A stretch of 64,000 nucleotides of DNA from Rubrivivax sp. (GTDB lineage: Bacteria; Pseudomonadota; Gammaproteobacteria; Burkholderiales; Burkholderiaceae_C). The DNA is taken from the NCBI GenBank assembly GCA_016790395.1, contig JAEUPH010000122.1:271-64270 (forward strand), given 5' to 3'. Below are positions 35,603 to 44,467 of this stretch, piece by piece. The position numbers and the translations under genes were made by a program. Numbering within the stretch: the stretch's first letter is position 1; each line of letters opens with the position of its first letter. The notes under the pieces are model-generated. The model ran no database searches, was not told where the DNA came from, and worked only from the letters and a program-made list of their open reading frames with translations.

Positions 35603-38533
35603 TCAGAAGAACACGTACTCGGCCTGGAACAGGAAGGAACGCAGGCGCGGGTCGGCCACGCGCGGTTCCCAGTTGGCGCCGGCACCGGTGTTGGTGTCGT
35701 AGGCGTTGGCGAACGGCGGCTTGGTGTCGAACAGGTTCTTGATGCCGGCCGTGAGCGTGAGGTTCTTGAAGCCCTTGTAGCCCACCGAGAGGTTGTGCAG
35801 CGTGTACGGCGCCACCACCGGGTCCCACTGCGGCGGGATGTAGGAGCCGTTGGCCACGCCCGGCGGACGGTAGCCGGCGTAGCGGCCGCGGTAGATCTGC
35901 GTCAGCGTGCCCGTCCAGTCACCGCGCTCGTAGGTGATGAAGGCCGTGTGCTTCCAGCGGATGCCGAGGTCGCTGGTGCGCGTGAACACGCCCACTTCGC
36001 TGGCCCCGAAGTCCACGCTGGGCACCAGGCGCGAGCGCTTCTTCAGCAGGTAGGTCACGTCCATGCCGGCGCTGATCCTGGCGCCGGCCAGCAGGGTGTT
36101 GGCACGGAAGCCGAACTCCAGGCCGCGCGTCTCGGTGTTGCCGGCGTTGATCCAGCTGATGTCGATGGCCGTGAGGTTGCCGCTGGCGTCGCGGATGAAG
36201 CGTTCCTTGAACAGGTTGTAGTTCTGGATGAAGCCGTTGGCGCCGGTCACGCCCAGGGCCTGGATCGTGCCTTCGCGGTCGATGCTCCACCAGTCGAGGT
36301 TGGTGCTGAACTCGGGGATCGGTTGCCACACCACGCCCAGCGACTTCAGCTTCGACTTCTCGGGGCCCAGCGTCGCGCGTCCGCCGAAGCGCGTGACGAA
36401 GGTCACCGCGTTGCAGGCGTTGCCCGGCGTCGTGTTGACGATGAGCGACGGGCACTTCTCGGGGTCCACCACGGCTGCGCCGGTGTAGTTGGCCTCGGTG
36501 ATGCCGTTGAAGAGCTGGTTGAAGGTCGGGACCCGGAAGCCCTTGCTGTACGAACCGCGGAACAGCAGGCTGTCCAGCGGCGTGAACTTGAACGAGGCCT
36601 TGGGGTTGGTGGTGGCGCCGAAGCCGGTGTAGTCGTCGCGCCGTGCCGAGAGGTTGACCTCCAGGCGCTTCATCACCGGCACGATGACTTCGCCGAACGC
36701 GGCCTTGATGTCGCGCTTGACGCCGCCCAGCGCGTTGATGTTGTCGAAGGGCGCGTTGAAGATCCAGGTGCTGATGTCGTTGGTGTTGGCGCTGTTGTTG
36801 CCGTCGAACTTGTACTTCTCGGTGCGCATGTCCAGGCCCGCCGCCGCCAGCACGTCGCCGCCCGGCAGCTTCATCAGCGGGCCCGAGATCACGGCGTCGG
36901 TCTGCGTCATGGTGAACTTGCCGCCGTACAGCGTGACGCCGCGCGCCGACGCCGCATCCAGCCCCGCCATCGCGGCCACGCTCTGCGTCTCGCCGGCCAG
37001 CAGGAAGGGGTTCAAGGTGCCGTTGTTGATGAGGTCGGCGAACTTCTGCCAGTAGTGGTAGCCGCTGCCCAGCTTGCTCTTGCTCTTGCTGGAGGCCACG
37101 GACGTGCCGATGCGGTAGTCCCAGCTCGGCGCGAAGGGCAGCGGGCCTTCCAGCGCCACCAGGTAGCGCGCGGTGTCGGACTGCGTCTCGATCTGGCGCG
37201 GGCCGCAGGCCATGCAGCGCCAGCGGAAGGCGATGCCGTTGCCGTTGTTGGCGGCCAGTTCGGGGAATTGCGCCACCAGGGCGTTGAACACGCGGCCGTA
37301 GCCGGCGCCCGTGCTCGGGTACAGCAGGTTGCGGAAGGGGCTGGGCGCCGACGAGCCGTTCGGCAGCGTGATCGAAGCCGTGCCGGTGCCGCTGGTGATC
37401 TGGTTCTCGGAGAAGGTCTTGGCCGACTCCGAGCGCCCGAACAGGGCCTCCACCGCCAGCAGGTGCGAGCCCAGCTTGAGCGTGCCGCGCGTGACGATGT
37501 TGGTGTTGGTCACCGGCTGCTGGATGACGGTGGCGCGGCCGGTGTCGTAGGCGCAGCCGAACTGCGCCGCAGCGCCGGCGTTCCAGATCTTCTCGTCGTA
37601 GGGGCCCATGCCCGGCTGCGTGGCGCAGCCGGCACCGCCCGGCAGGTCGAGCGTGTTGATGCCGTTGAGCGTGGTGCCCTGGAACAGCGGGCCGGTGCCG
37701 GCGGTGGAGCCGGGGCGCGACAGCACGCTGCGGCCGCTGGGGTTCCAGGCGGCGGCCGTGTTGGCCACCGCGAACACCGTGGCGAAGGGCGTGCCGCGCG
37801 TGTCGGGCGACAGGCCGCGGCCGGGCACGAAGGTGCTGACGAAGTCGCGGTCGGTGCCGTTCAGGCGCTGCGCTTCGGAGCGGGCCACGGTGGCCAGCAC
37901 GTTGTAGCCGTCGCGGTCGATGTCGCCGAAGCCGCCCACGGCGTTGGCGCGGAAGATGTTGCCGCCGCCGTGCTGCGTGATGTCGGCGGTGGCGCTGGCG
38001 CGCAGGCCGTTGAAGTTTGAGCGCAGGATGAAGTTGATGACGCCACCGACGGCGTCGGTGCCGTAGGTGGAGGAGGCGCCGTCCTTGAGGATCTCCACCC
38101 GCTCCACGGCGGAGAAGGGGATCTGGTTCAGGTCGACGACGCCGCCGTTGAGGCCGTGCGAGGCGACGCGGCGGCCGTTGAGCAGGATCAGCGTGGCGTT
38201 GGAGCCCTGGCCGCGCAGGTTGGCCGAGGTGGCGCCGTTGTTGCCGCGCACGCCCGACTCCAGCGCCACCACGTCGGTGTTGCTGGCCAGGTTGTCCATG
38301 CCGTTGCCGTTGATGTTCAACGACGCGATCAGCTGCTCGGCGCTGATGATGCCCTGGCGGTCCAGCTCGGCGCGGGTGATGGTCTGGATCGGCAGCGAGG
38401 TCTCGCTGGCGATGCGCTTGATGCTGGAGCCGGTGATGGTGATCTTCTGCGGCGCGGCGGGCGCCGTCTGCGCCAGCACGTGGCTGGCCAGGCCCAGCAG
38501 CGCCAGGCTGCCGACGATGGTCTTCAGTTTCAT
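35603..38533 (-). CDS. TonB-dependent outer membrane receptor
   Basis: Signal peptide, TonB-box-like KITITGS, plug motifs LRGQG...LILLNGRR and ERVEILKDGASSTYGTDAVGGVINF, and a C-terminal Phe. Confidence 0.95.
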   Translation of the reverse strand: MKLKTIVGSLALLGLASHVLAQTAPAAPQKITITGSSIKRIASETSLPIQTITRAELDRQGIISAEQLIASLNINGNGMDNLASNTDVVALESGVRGNNGATSANLRGQGSNATLILLNGRRVASHGLNGGVVDLNQIPFSAVERVEILKDGASSTYGTDAVGGVINFILRSNFNGLRASATADITQHGGGNIFRANAVGGFGDIDRDGYNVLATVARSEAQRLNGTDRDFVSTFVPGRGLSPDTRGTPFATVFAVANTAAAWNPSGRSVLSRPGSTAGTGPLFQGTTLNGINTLDLPGGAGCATQPGMGPYDEKIWNAGAAAQFGCAYDTGRATVIQQPVTNTNIVTRGTLKLGSHLLAVEALFGRSESAKTFSENQITSGTGTASITLPNGSSAPSPFRNLLYPSTGAGYGRVFNALVAQFPELAANNGNGIAFRWRCMACGPRQIETQSDTARYLVALEGPLPFAPSWDYRIGTSVASSKSKSKLGSGYHYWQKFADLINNGTLNPFLLAGETQSVAAMAGLDAASARGVTLYGGKFTMTQTDAVISGPLMKLPGGDVLAAAGLDMRTEKYKFDGNNSANTNDISTWIFNAPFDNINALGGVKRDIKAAFGEVIVPVMKRLEVNLSARRDDYTGFGATTNPKASFKFTPLDSLLFRGSYSKGFRVPTFNQLFNGITEANYTGAAVVDPEKCPSLIVNTTPGNACNAVTFVTRFGGRATLGPEKSKLKSLGVVWQPIPEFSTNLDWWSIDREGTIQALGVTGANGFIQNYNLFKERFIRDASGNLTAIDISWINAGNTETRGLEFGFRANTLLAGARISAGMDVTYLLKKRSRLVPSVDFGASEVGVFTRTSDLGIRWKHTAFITYERGDWTGTLTQIYRGRYAGYRPPGVANGSYIPPQWDPVVAPYTLHNLSVGYKGFKNLTLTAGIKNLFDTKPPFANAYDTNTGAGANWEPRVADPRLRSFLFQAEYVFF

Positions 38534-38778
38534 CAGGGGTCCTCTCGGGTGGGTGGCCGCGGTCGGTCTTGTGGGGCCGACGCGCGCGTGCGCGATTGCG
38601 AGCAAGAAACAGACCGTGACAGTGTCTGTCGCGGCGGGCCGGCGGGCCCACCGGGAACACCCGGAGTTTCGCGGCGCAGGGCGTCTGCCGGGCCGCACTG
38701 CGGCGCCCATACAACAGTGTCCGGGCCCGCGAATGGGGGCGTTCCGTGTGAACATCGCCGCCGCCCGCCGCCTTCCCG

Positions 38779-40080
38779 ATGCCGGAACACCGCTTGTCCA
38801 CCGCACCCGCCACCCGTCCCTGGACCTGGATCCCCACGCTCTACTTCGCCCAGGGCCTGCCCTACGTGGTAGTGATGACGCTGGCCGTGGTGCTCTACAA
38901 GAACCTGGGCGTCAGCAACACCGAGATCGCCCTGCTCACCAGCTGGCTGTACCTGCCCTGGGTCATCAAGCCGCTATGGGGCCCGCTGGTGGACCTGCTG
39001 GGCACCAAGCGGCGCTGGATCTGGGCGCTGCAGTTCGCCATCGGTGCGGCGCTGGCCGCCGTGGGGCTGGCGGTGCCGGGGCCGGGCTTCCTGCAGGCCA
39101 CGCTGGTGCTGTTCTGGCTGATGGCCTTCGCCAGCGCCACGCACGACATCGCGGCCGACGGCTTCTACATGCTGGCCCTGCCGCAGCGCACGCAGGCGGC
39201 CTTCGTGGGCGTGCGCAGCACCTGTTACCGCCTGGCCATGATCGCCGGCCAGGGCGGCCTGGTGTGGCTGGCCGGCTGGTGGGCGGCGCGCCACGGCAGC
39301 GTGGCGCAGGCCTGGGCGATGGTGTTCTTCGCGCTGGCCCTCTTCTTCGGCCTGGTGGGCGCCTGGCACTCGGTCGCCCTGCCCAAGCCGGCGGGCGACC
39401 GCCCGGTGCCACGCAGCGCCCATTTCTGGTCCGACTTCGCCACCGTCTTCGCCGCCTTCTTCAGGAAGCCGGAGATCGGCCGCATCCTGGCCTTCCTGCT
39501 GCTGTACCGCTTCGCCGAGGCGCAGCTGCTCAAGCTGGTGACGCCCTTCCTGCTGGACCCGCTGGCGGCCGGCGGCCTGGGGCTGACCACCCAGGACGTG
39601 GGCATCGCCTATGGCACGGTGGGCATCACCGCGCTCACGCTCGGCGGGCTGCTGGGCGGCTGGGTCATCTCGCGCGCCGGGCTCAAGCGCTGCCTGTGGC
39701 CGCTGATGCTGTGCATGCACCTCCCCAACACCGTGTTCGTGGCGCTGGCCGTGTGGCAGCCGCAGAGCCTGGTGCTGGTCAGCGCGGCCGTGGCGCTGGA
39801 GCAGTTCGGCTACGGCTTCGGCTTCACCGCCTACCTCGTCTACATGATGATGGTGGCCGGTGGCGCCGACGGCAGCGCCGTGCACAAGACGGCGCACTAC
39901 GCGCTGTGCACCGGCTTCATGGCGCTGGGCATGATGCTGCCCGGCATGTGGGCGGGCTGGCTGCAGACGCAGCTGGGCTACCTGAACTTCTTCGTCTGGG
40001 CCTGCGTGGCCACGCTGCCCTCGTTCGCGGCGGCGGCGCTGCTGCGCATCGACCCGGCCTTCGGCCGCAAGGCCGATTGA
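38779..40080 (+). CDS. AmpG-like MFS permease (muropeptide-type)
   Basis: PWTWIPTLYFAQGLPY, LPWVIKPLWGPLVD and SATHDIAADG, with about 12 TM segments. Confidence 0.82.
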   Translation: MPEHRLSTAPATRPWTWIPTLYFAQGLPYVVVMTLAVVLYKNLGVSNTEIALLTSWLYLPWVIKPLWGPLVDLLGTKRRWIWALQFAIGAALAAVGLAVPGPGFLQATLVLFWLMAFASATHDIAADGFYMLALPQRTQAAFVGVRSTCYRLAMIAGQGGLVWLAGWWAARHGSVAQAWAMVFFALALFFGLVGAWHSVALPKPAGDRPVPRSAHFWSDFATVFAAFFRKPEIGRILAFLLLYRFAEAQLLKLVTPFLLDPLAAGGLGLTTQDVGIAYGTVGITALTLGGLLGGWVISRAGLKRCLWPLMLCMHLPNTVFVALAVWQPQSLVLVSAAVALEQFGYGFGFTAYLVYMMMVAGGADGSAVHKTAHYALCTGFMALGMMLPGMWAGWLQTQLGYLNFFVWACVATLPSFAAAALLRIDPAFGRKAD

Positions 40081-40136
40081 ACGCAGGGCTTCGGCCGCCG
40101 GCATAGACTGCCCCGGCAGTACGAAGAGGGCATGCG

Positions 40137-41066
40137 ATGAAGATCCTGGTGATGGGCAGCGGCGGCGTCGGCGGCTACTTCGGCGGGCGACTCGCCCAGG
40201 CCGGGTGCGACGTGCACTTCGTGGCGCGCGGCGCCCATGGTCAGGCGCTGCGCGAGCATGGCCTGCGCATCAGCAGTCCGCTGGGCGGCCTGCACCTGCA
40301 GCAGGCCTCCGTCACCGATGACCCGGCGAGAGTCGGCCGTGTGGACCTGGTGCTGTTCGGCGTCAAGCTGTGGGACACCCAGGCCGCGGCGCGCCAGCTG
40401 GCGCCGGTGCTGGGGCCGGACACGGCCGTCATCTCGTTCCAGAACGGCGTCGTCAAGGACGACCTGCTGCGGGACGTGCTGGGCACCGAGCACGTGGCCG
40501 GGGGCGTGGCCTACATCGCGGCCAGCATTGGCGAGCCCGGCGTCATCGTGCACAACGGAAACATGGCGAAGCTGGTGTTCGGCGAGCACGACGGCCGCGC
40601 CAGCGCGCGCCTGACGGGCTTTGCCGAAGCCTGCGCCGCCGCCGGCATCACGCACGAGCTGACGCCGCGCATCCACCTCGCGCTGTGGGAGAAGTTCGTG
40701 TTCCTCGCGGCGCTGTCGGCCGCCACCACGCTGGCGCGGCTGCCCGTGGGCCCCATCCGCGACCACCCTCGCGCGCGCACCTTTCTGCACGACCTGATGG
40801 ACGAGGCCGTGCAGGTGGGCCGTGCCGAGGGCGTGCCGCTGCCGCCGGAGTACGCCGAGAGCCGCCTGGCCTTCGCCGACGGCCTGCCCGCGACGATGAC
40901 CAGCTCCATGCACCACGACCTGGAGCGCGGCCACCGGCTGGAGCTGCCCTGGCTCAGCGGCGACGTGGTGGCGCGCGGCCGGCGCCTGGGCGTGCCCACG
41001 CCCTGCCACCGCGCGGTGGTGGACATGTTGTCGCCGCACGCCGACGGCCGCGCCGCCGTGACCTGA
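40137..41066 (+). CDS. 2-dehydropantoate 2-reductase (ketopantoate reductase family)
   Basis: GSGGVGG Rossmann motif, FQNG, LWEKF and SSMHHDL...E. Confidence 0.88.
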   Translation: MKILVMGSGGVGGYFGGRLAQAGCDVHFVARGAHGQALREHGLRISSPLGGLHLQQASVTDDPARVGRVDLVLFGVKLWDTQAAARQLAPVLGPDTAVISFQNGVVKDDLLRDVLGTEHVAGGVAYIAASIGEPGVIVHNGNMAKLVFGEHDGRASARLTGFAEACAAAGITHELTPRIHLALWEKFVFLAALSAATTLARLPVGPIRDHPRARTFLHDLMDEAVQVGRAEGVPLPPEYAESRLAFADGLPATMTSSMHHDLERGHRLELPWLSGDVVARGRRLGVPTPCHRAVVDMLSPHADGRAAVT

Positions 41067-41108
41067 ACCTCTCCCGGCCCGCGGCCAGGATCGGCTGTAA
41101 TGTCGGGC

Positions 41109-41672
41109 ATGCGTCTCGAGACTGAACTGGCCGCCCTGCGCGCGCCGCTGCTGCGTTTTGCACAGCTGCAACTGCGCAACGAGGGCCTGGCCGAGGATGT
41201 GGTGTCCGAAACCCTGCTGGCGATCCTGGAAAAGCCCGAGGCCTTCGAGGGGCGCAGCTCGTTGCGCACCTACGCCACCGGCATCCTCAAGTTCAAGATC
41301 GTCGATCTGTTGCGCAAGCGCGGTCGCGAGGTCCACATCGAACCTCTGGACGAGCAGAGCGTGGACGACGCCATCGACGCGCTCTTCGCCACCAACGGCC
41401 ACTGGGCCGAACCGCCGGCGGCCTGGGGCCACCCCGAACAGGCGCTGCAGCAGGCGCAGTTCCTGGAGGTCCTGCAGCAGTGCGTGGAACGCCTGCCGCC
41501 CAAGATCGGCCGCGCCTTCATGATGCGCGAGTGGCTGGAGCAGGAGGTGGACGACATCTGCGGCGAACTGGGCATCAACGCCAACCACTGCGGCGTGCTG
41601 CTGTACCGCGCGCGCATGGCGCTGCGCGAGTGCCTGGCGCAGAACTGGTTCGCGACGGGAGCCGCCAAGTGA
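41109..41672 (+). CDS. ECF sigma-70 factor (TIGR02943-like)
   Basis: AEDVVSETLLA, FEGRSSLRTY...GILKFKIVD and VLLYRARMALREC. Alternative start at 41100. Confidence 0.88.
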   Translation: MRLETELAALRAPLLRFAQLQLRNEGLAEDVVSETLLAILEKPEAFEGRSSLRTYATGILKFKIVDLLRKRGREVHIEPLDEQSVDDAIDALFATNGHWAEPPAAWGHPEQALQQAQFLEVLQQCVERLPPKIGRAFMMREWLEQEVDDICGELGINANHCGVLLYRARMALRECLAQNWFATGAAK

Positions 41673-41866
41673 AGCTGCTGCCCGACTGCCAGGAGGTGTC
41701 GCGCCTGATCAGCGACGGTCAGGACCAGCGCCTGCCCGTCAAGGAACGTGCGCGCCTGCGCCTGCACCTGGTGATGTGCGAGACCTGCCGCAATGTCGAA
41801 GGCCAGTTGGCCTTCCTGCGCCAGGCCATGCGCGAACTCGGGCGGCGCGAACCGCCCGAGCGCTGA
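41669..41866 (+). CDS. zf-HC2 zinc-binding anti-sigma factor
   Basis: C...LRLHLVMCETC (HxxxCxxC). GTGA-coupled to the sigma gene. Confidence 0.85.
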   Translation: MKLLPDCQEVSRLISDGQDQRLPVKERARLRLHLVMCETCRNVEGQLAFLRQAMRELGRREPPER

Positions 41867-42310
41867 TCAGCGCTTGCCCAGCAGGCCGCCCAGCCCGCCC
41901 AGCAGGCCGCCCAGGTCACCCAGGCCGCCGACGTCGCCCTGCGGAATCTGGCCCTGCGGCGTGAGCTTGTCCACCACCTGCGGCAGCATCTGCGACAGCT
42001 GGCCCAGCGCGTCCTTGGGGTCGATGCCCAGTTGCTTCGCCAGGCTGGCGATGGTGTCGTTGCCGAGCACGCCGCCCAGCTGATCGGGCGACACCGGCTG
42101 GTTGGCGCCCGTGCCGACCCAGGACTTGGCCACGTCGCCCAGGCCCGCCTGCTCGAACTTCTGCACCAGGCCGCCCAGGCCCCCGAGGCCGCCCCCGCCC
42201 TGCTGACCCAGCAGGCCGATGATGGCGCCGAGGAGGTCGCCCTGCCCGCCACCCCCGCCACCAGGGTTTTGCGAACCGAGCGCACCGATGACGTTGTCGA
42301 GCAGACCCAT
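41867..42310 (-). CDS. YidB/DUF937 family protein
   Basis: MGLLD, GLGDVAKSWVGTGANQPVS and LPQVVDKLTPQG. Confidence 0.88.
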   Translation of the reverse strand: MGLLDNVIGALGSQNPGGGGGGQGDLLGAIIGLLGQQGGGGLGGLGGLVQKFEQAGLGDVAKSWVGTGANQPVSPDQLGGVLGNDTIASLAKQLGIDPKDALGQLSQMLPQVVDKLTPQGQIPQGDVGGLGDLGGLLGGLGGLLGKR

Positions 42311-42377
42311 GTGTTTCTCCTGGCGTTGTTGCACGATGCCGTGCGGGCCCGCGAGCGTGCCGCATCGGCATCGGAAG

Positions 42378-43103
42378 TCAACCGACCTTCGGCCCGCCCG
42401 TCAGCCCCAGCCAGCCCAGCACGGCCAGCGGTGCCGTGTCGGCACGCAGCACGCGCGGGCCCAGCGCCACGGCGCGAAAGCCCGCAGCACGCGCGGTGGC
42501 TTCCTCTTCCGCCGTGAACCCGCCTTCGGGCCCGCTGAGGGTGACGAGGCGGGGGCCGGCCGGCACCGCCGGTGCCGCCGCGTCGGGCGCCAGGCTCAGC
42601 AGCCATCGCTCGCCTTCGGGCGGCGCACGCAGCCAGTCGCCCAGCTCGCGCACCGGTGCCACCACGGGCACGCGCGCGCGGCCGCACTGTTCGCAGGCGG
42701 CCTGCGCGATGGCCTGCCAGTGCGCGCGCTTGCGCTCGGCGCGCTCGCCGGCCAGGCGCAACACCGAGCGCGCGGCCAGCAGCGGCTGGACAGCGGCCAC
42801 GCCCAGCTCGGTGGCCTTTTCCACCAGCGTGTCCATGCGCTCGTTGGCAGGCATGGCCAGGGCGACGGTCACTTCGGGCGTCAGCTCGCGCGCCACCGGC
42901 AGGCCCGGTCCCACCTGCACGCGCACGCCGTTGCGCGTGACGGCCAGCACCGTGGCCGTCCAGTCGCTGCCGGCGCCGTCGAACAGCACCAGCGCATCGC
43001 CCGGCTGCACGCGCCGCACCTGCGCGTGGCGGGCGGCGCCGGTCGGCAGGTCGAACACCAGGTCCGCAGACAGCGCTTGTTCGACGAAGAAGCGCATCGT
43101 CAT
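42378..43103 (-). CDS. rsmE: 16S rRNA m3U1498 methyltransferase
   Basis: VEKATELGV, ACEQCGR, GPEGGF and LGPRVLRADTA. Confidence 0.93.
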   Translation of the reverse strand: MTMRFFVEQALSADLVFDLPTGAARHAQVRRVQPGDALVLFDGAGSDWTATVLAVTRNGVRVQVGPGLPVARELTPEVTVALAMPANERMDTLVEKATELGVAAVQPLLAARSVLRLAGERAERKRAHWQAIAQAACEQCGRARVPVVAPVRELGDWLRAPPEGERWLLSLAPDAAAPAVPAGPRLVTLSGPEGGFTAEEEATARAAGFRAVALGPRVLRADTAPLAVLGWLGLTGGPKVG

Positions 43104-44437
43104 GTCGCCGCCAGCGCCGCTTCCAGCGCCAGTGCCACGCCGGCCAGCGCGGCGTCGTGCCCGCCCGGCGCACCCAGCATCAGGCCCACCGGCAGCGAGC
43201 CTGGCGCCTGGCACGGCAGCGTGAAGGCGCAGCCGTCGAGGAAGTTGAAGGCGAAGGTGTTGCGCAGCAGCAGGCCGTTGGCCTTGAAGAAGGCCTCGTC
43301 GCTGGCCACGAGCTCGGCGATGGGCGGCGCGGTGATCGGCGTCGTCGGGCAGACCACGGCGTCGACGCCCGCGAGCGCCGCCTCCACGCGTCCGATCCAG
43401 TCGAGCCGCCGCCGCTGCATGGTGATGTAGTCGGCCGCGCTCACGCCTTCGCCCAGCGCCACGCGCGCGGCCACGCGCGGGTCGAAGCGTGCGCGCTGCG
43501 TGGCCAGGGCCTCGCGGTGCACGGCGAAGGCCTCCACGGCCGAGAAGCCGCCCGGCGCGTTGATCTGGCCGATCTCGCCCAGCTCGGCCAGCTTCAGCGG
43601 CACGATCTGCGCGCCGCCGGCGGACAGCCGCGCCAGGGCGCGCTCGAAGGCCTGCGCCACCGCGGGCTCCAGCGCCTCCAGCAGCAGCGTCTGCGGCAGC
43701 GCCAGGCGCAGTCCGCGCAGCGGGCGTTGCGGCGGCACGAGCGGCGCGCCGGCCAGCACGCCGTCGACGTGCAGGCAGTCGGCCACGCTGCGGGTCATGG
43801 CGCACACCGTGTCCAGCGTGAACGACAGCGGGAAGGCGCCCGCCAGCGGCGTGCGGCGCTGCGTGTTCTTGAAGCCCACCAGCCCGCACAGCGCGGCGGG
43901 GATGCGGATGGAGCCGCCCGTGTCCGAGCCCAGCGCCGCCACCGCCTGGCCCAGCGCCACCGAGACCGCGGCGCCGGCCGACGAACCGCCCGGGATGCGC
44001 GCCGTGCCGGCATCGGCCGGGTTGCGCGGCGTGCCATGGTGCGGGTTGATGCCCACGCCGCTGAAGGCGAACTCGGTCATGTTCGTGAGGCCCGTCACCG
44101 CCGCCCCGGCGCGCTTCAGGCGCGCCACGGCCTCGGCGTCGCGCGCCGCCGGCGGTGCGCCTTCGCGCAGCACCGAGCCGGCCATCGTGGTGCGGCCGGC
44201 GATGTCGTAGAGGTCCTTCACCGTCACCGGCAGGCCGGCCAGCGGCGGCAGCGGCTGCCCGCGCGCGGCAGCGTCGTCGGCGGCGCGTGCGGCCGCCAGC
44301 GCCTCGTCGTCGAAGAGCGCGGTGTAGACGTGCGCGGCGGCCGGCGCGCGCGCTTCGGCCAGCACGCGCTTCAGCAGCGCCTCGTGCGCGCCGGGACCGG
44401 CCAGCGTGGCCTGCAGGGTGGCGATGTCGGGCAGCAT
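43100..44437 (-). CDS. Amidase signature family protein
   Basis: GLPVTVKD, GGSSAG and GSDTGGSIRIPA. Confidence 0.9.
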   Translation of the reverse strand: MLPDIATLQATLAGPGAHEALLKRVLAEARAPAAAHVYTALFDDEALAAARAADDAAARGQPLPPLAGLPVTVKDLYDIAGRTTMAGSVLREGAPPAARDAEAVARLKRAGAAVTGLTNMTEFAFSGVGINPHHGTPRNPADAGTARIPGGSSAGAAVSVALGQAVAALGSDTGGSIRIPAALCGLVGFKNTQRRTPLAGAFPLSFTLDTVCAMTRSVADCLHVDGVLAGAPLVPPQRPLRGLRLALPQTLLLEALEPAVAQAFERALARLSAGGAQIVPLKLAELGEIGQINAPGGFSAVEAFAVHREALATQRARFDPRVAARVALGEGVSAADYITMQRRRLDWIGRVEAALAGVDAVVCPTTPITAPPIAELVASDEAFFKANGLLLRNTFAFNFLDGCAFTLPCQAPGSLPVGLMLGAPGGHDAALAGVALALEAALAAT

Positions 44438-44467
44438 GCCCGCGAGCTTAGCCCGGGGCGCTGCGCC

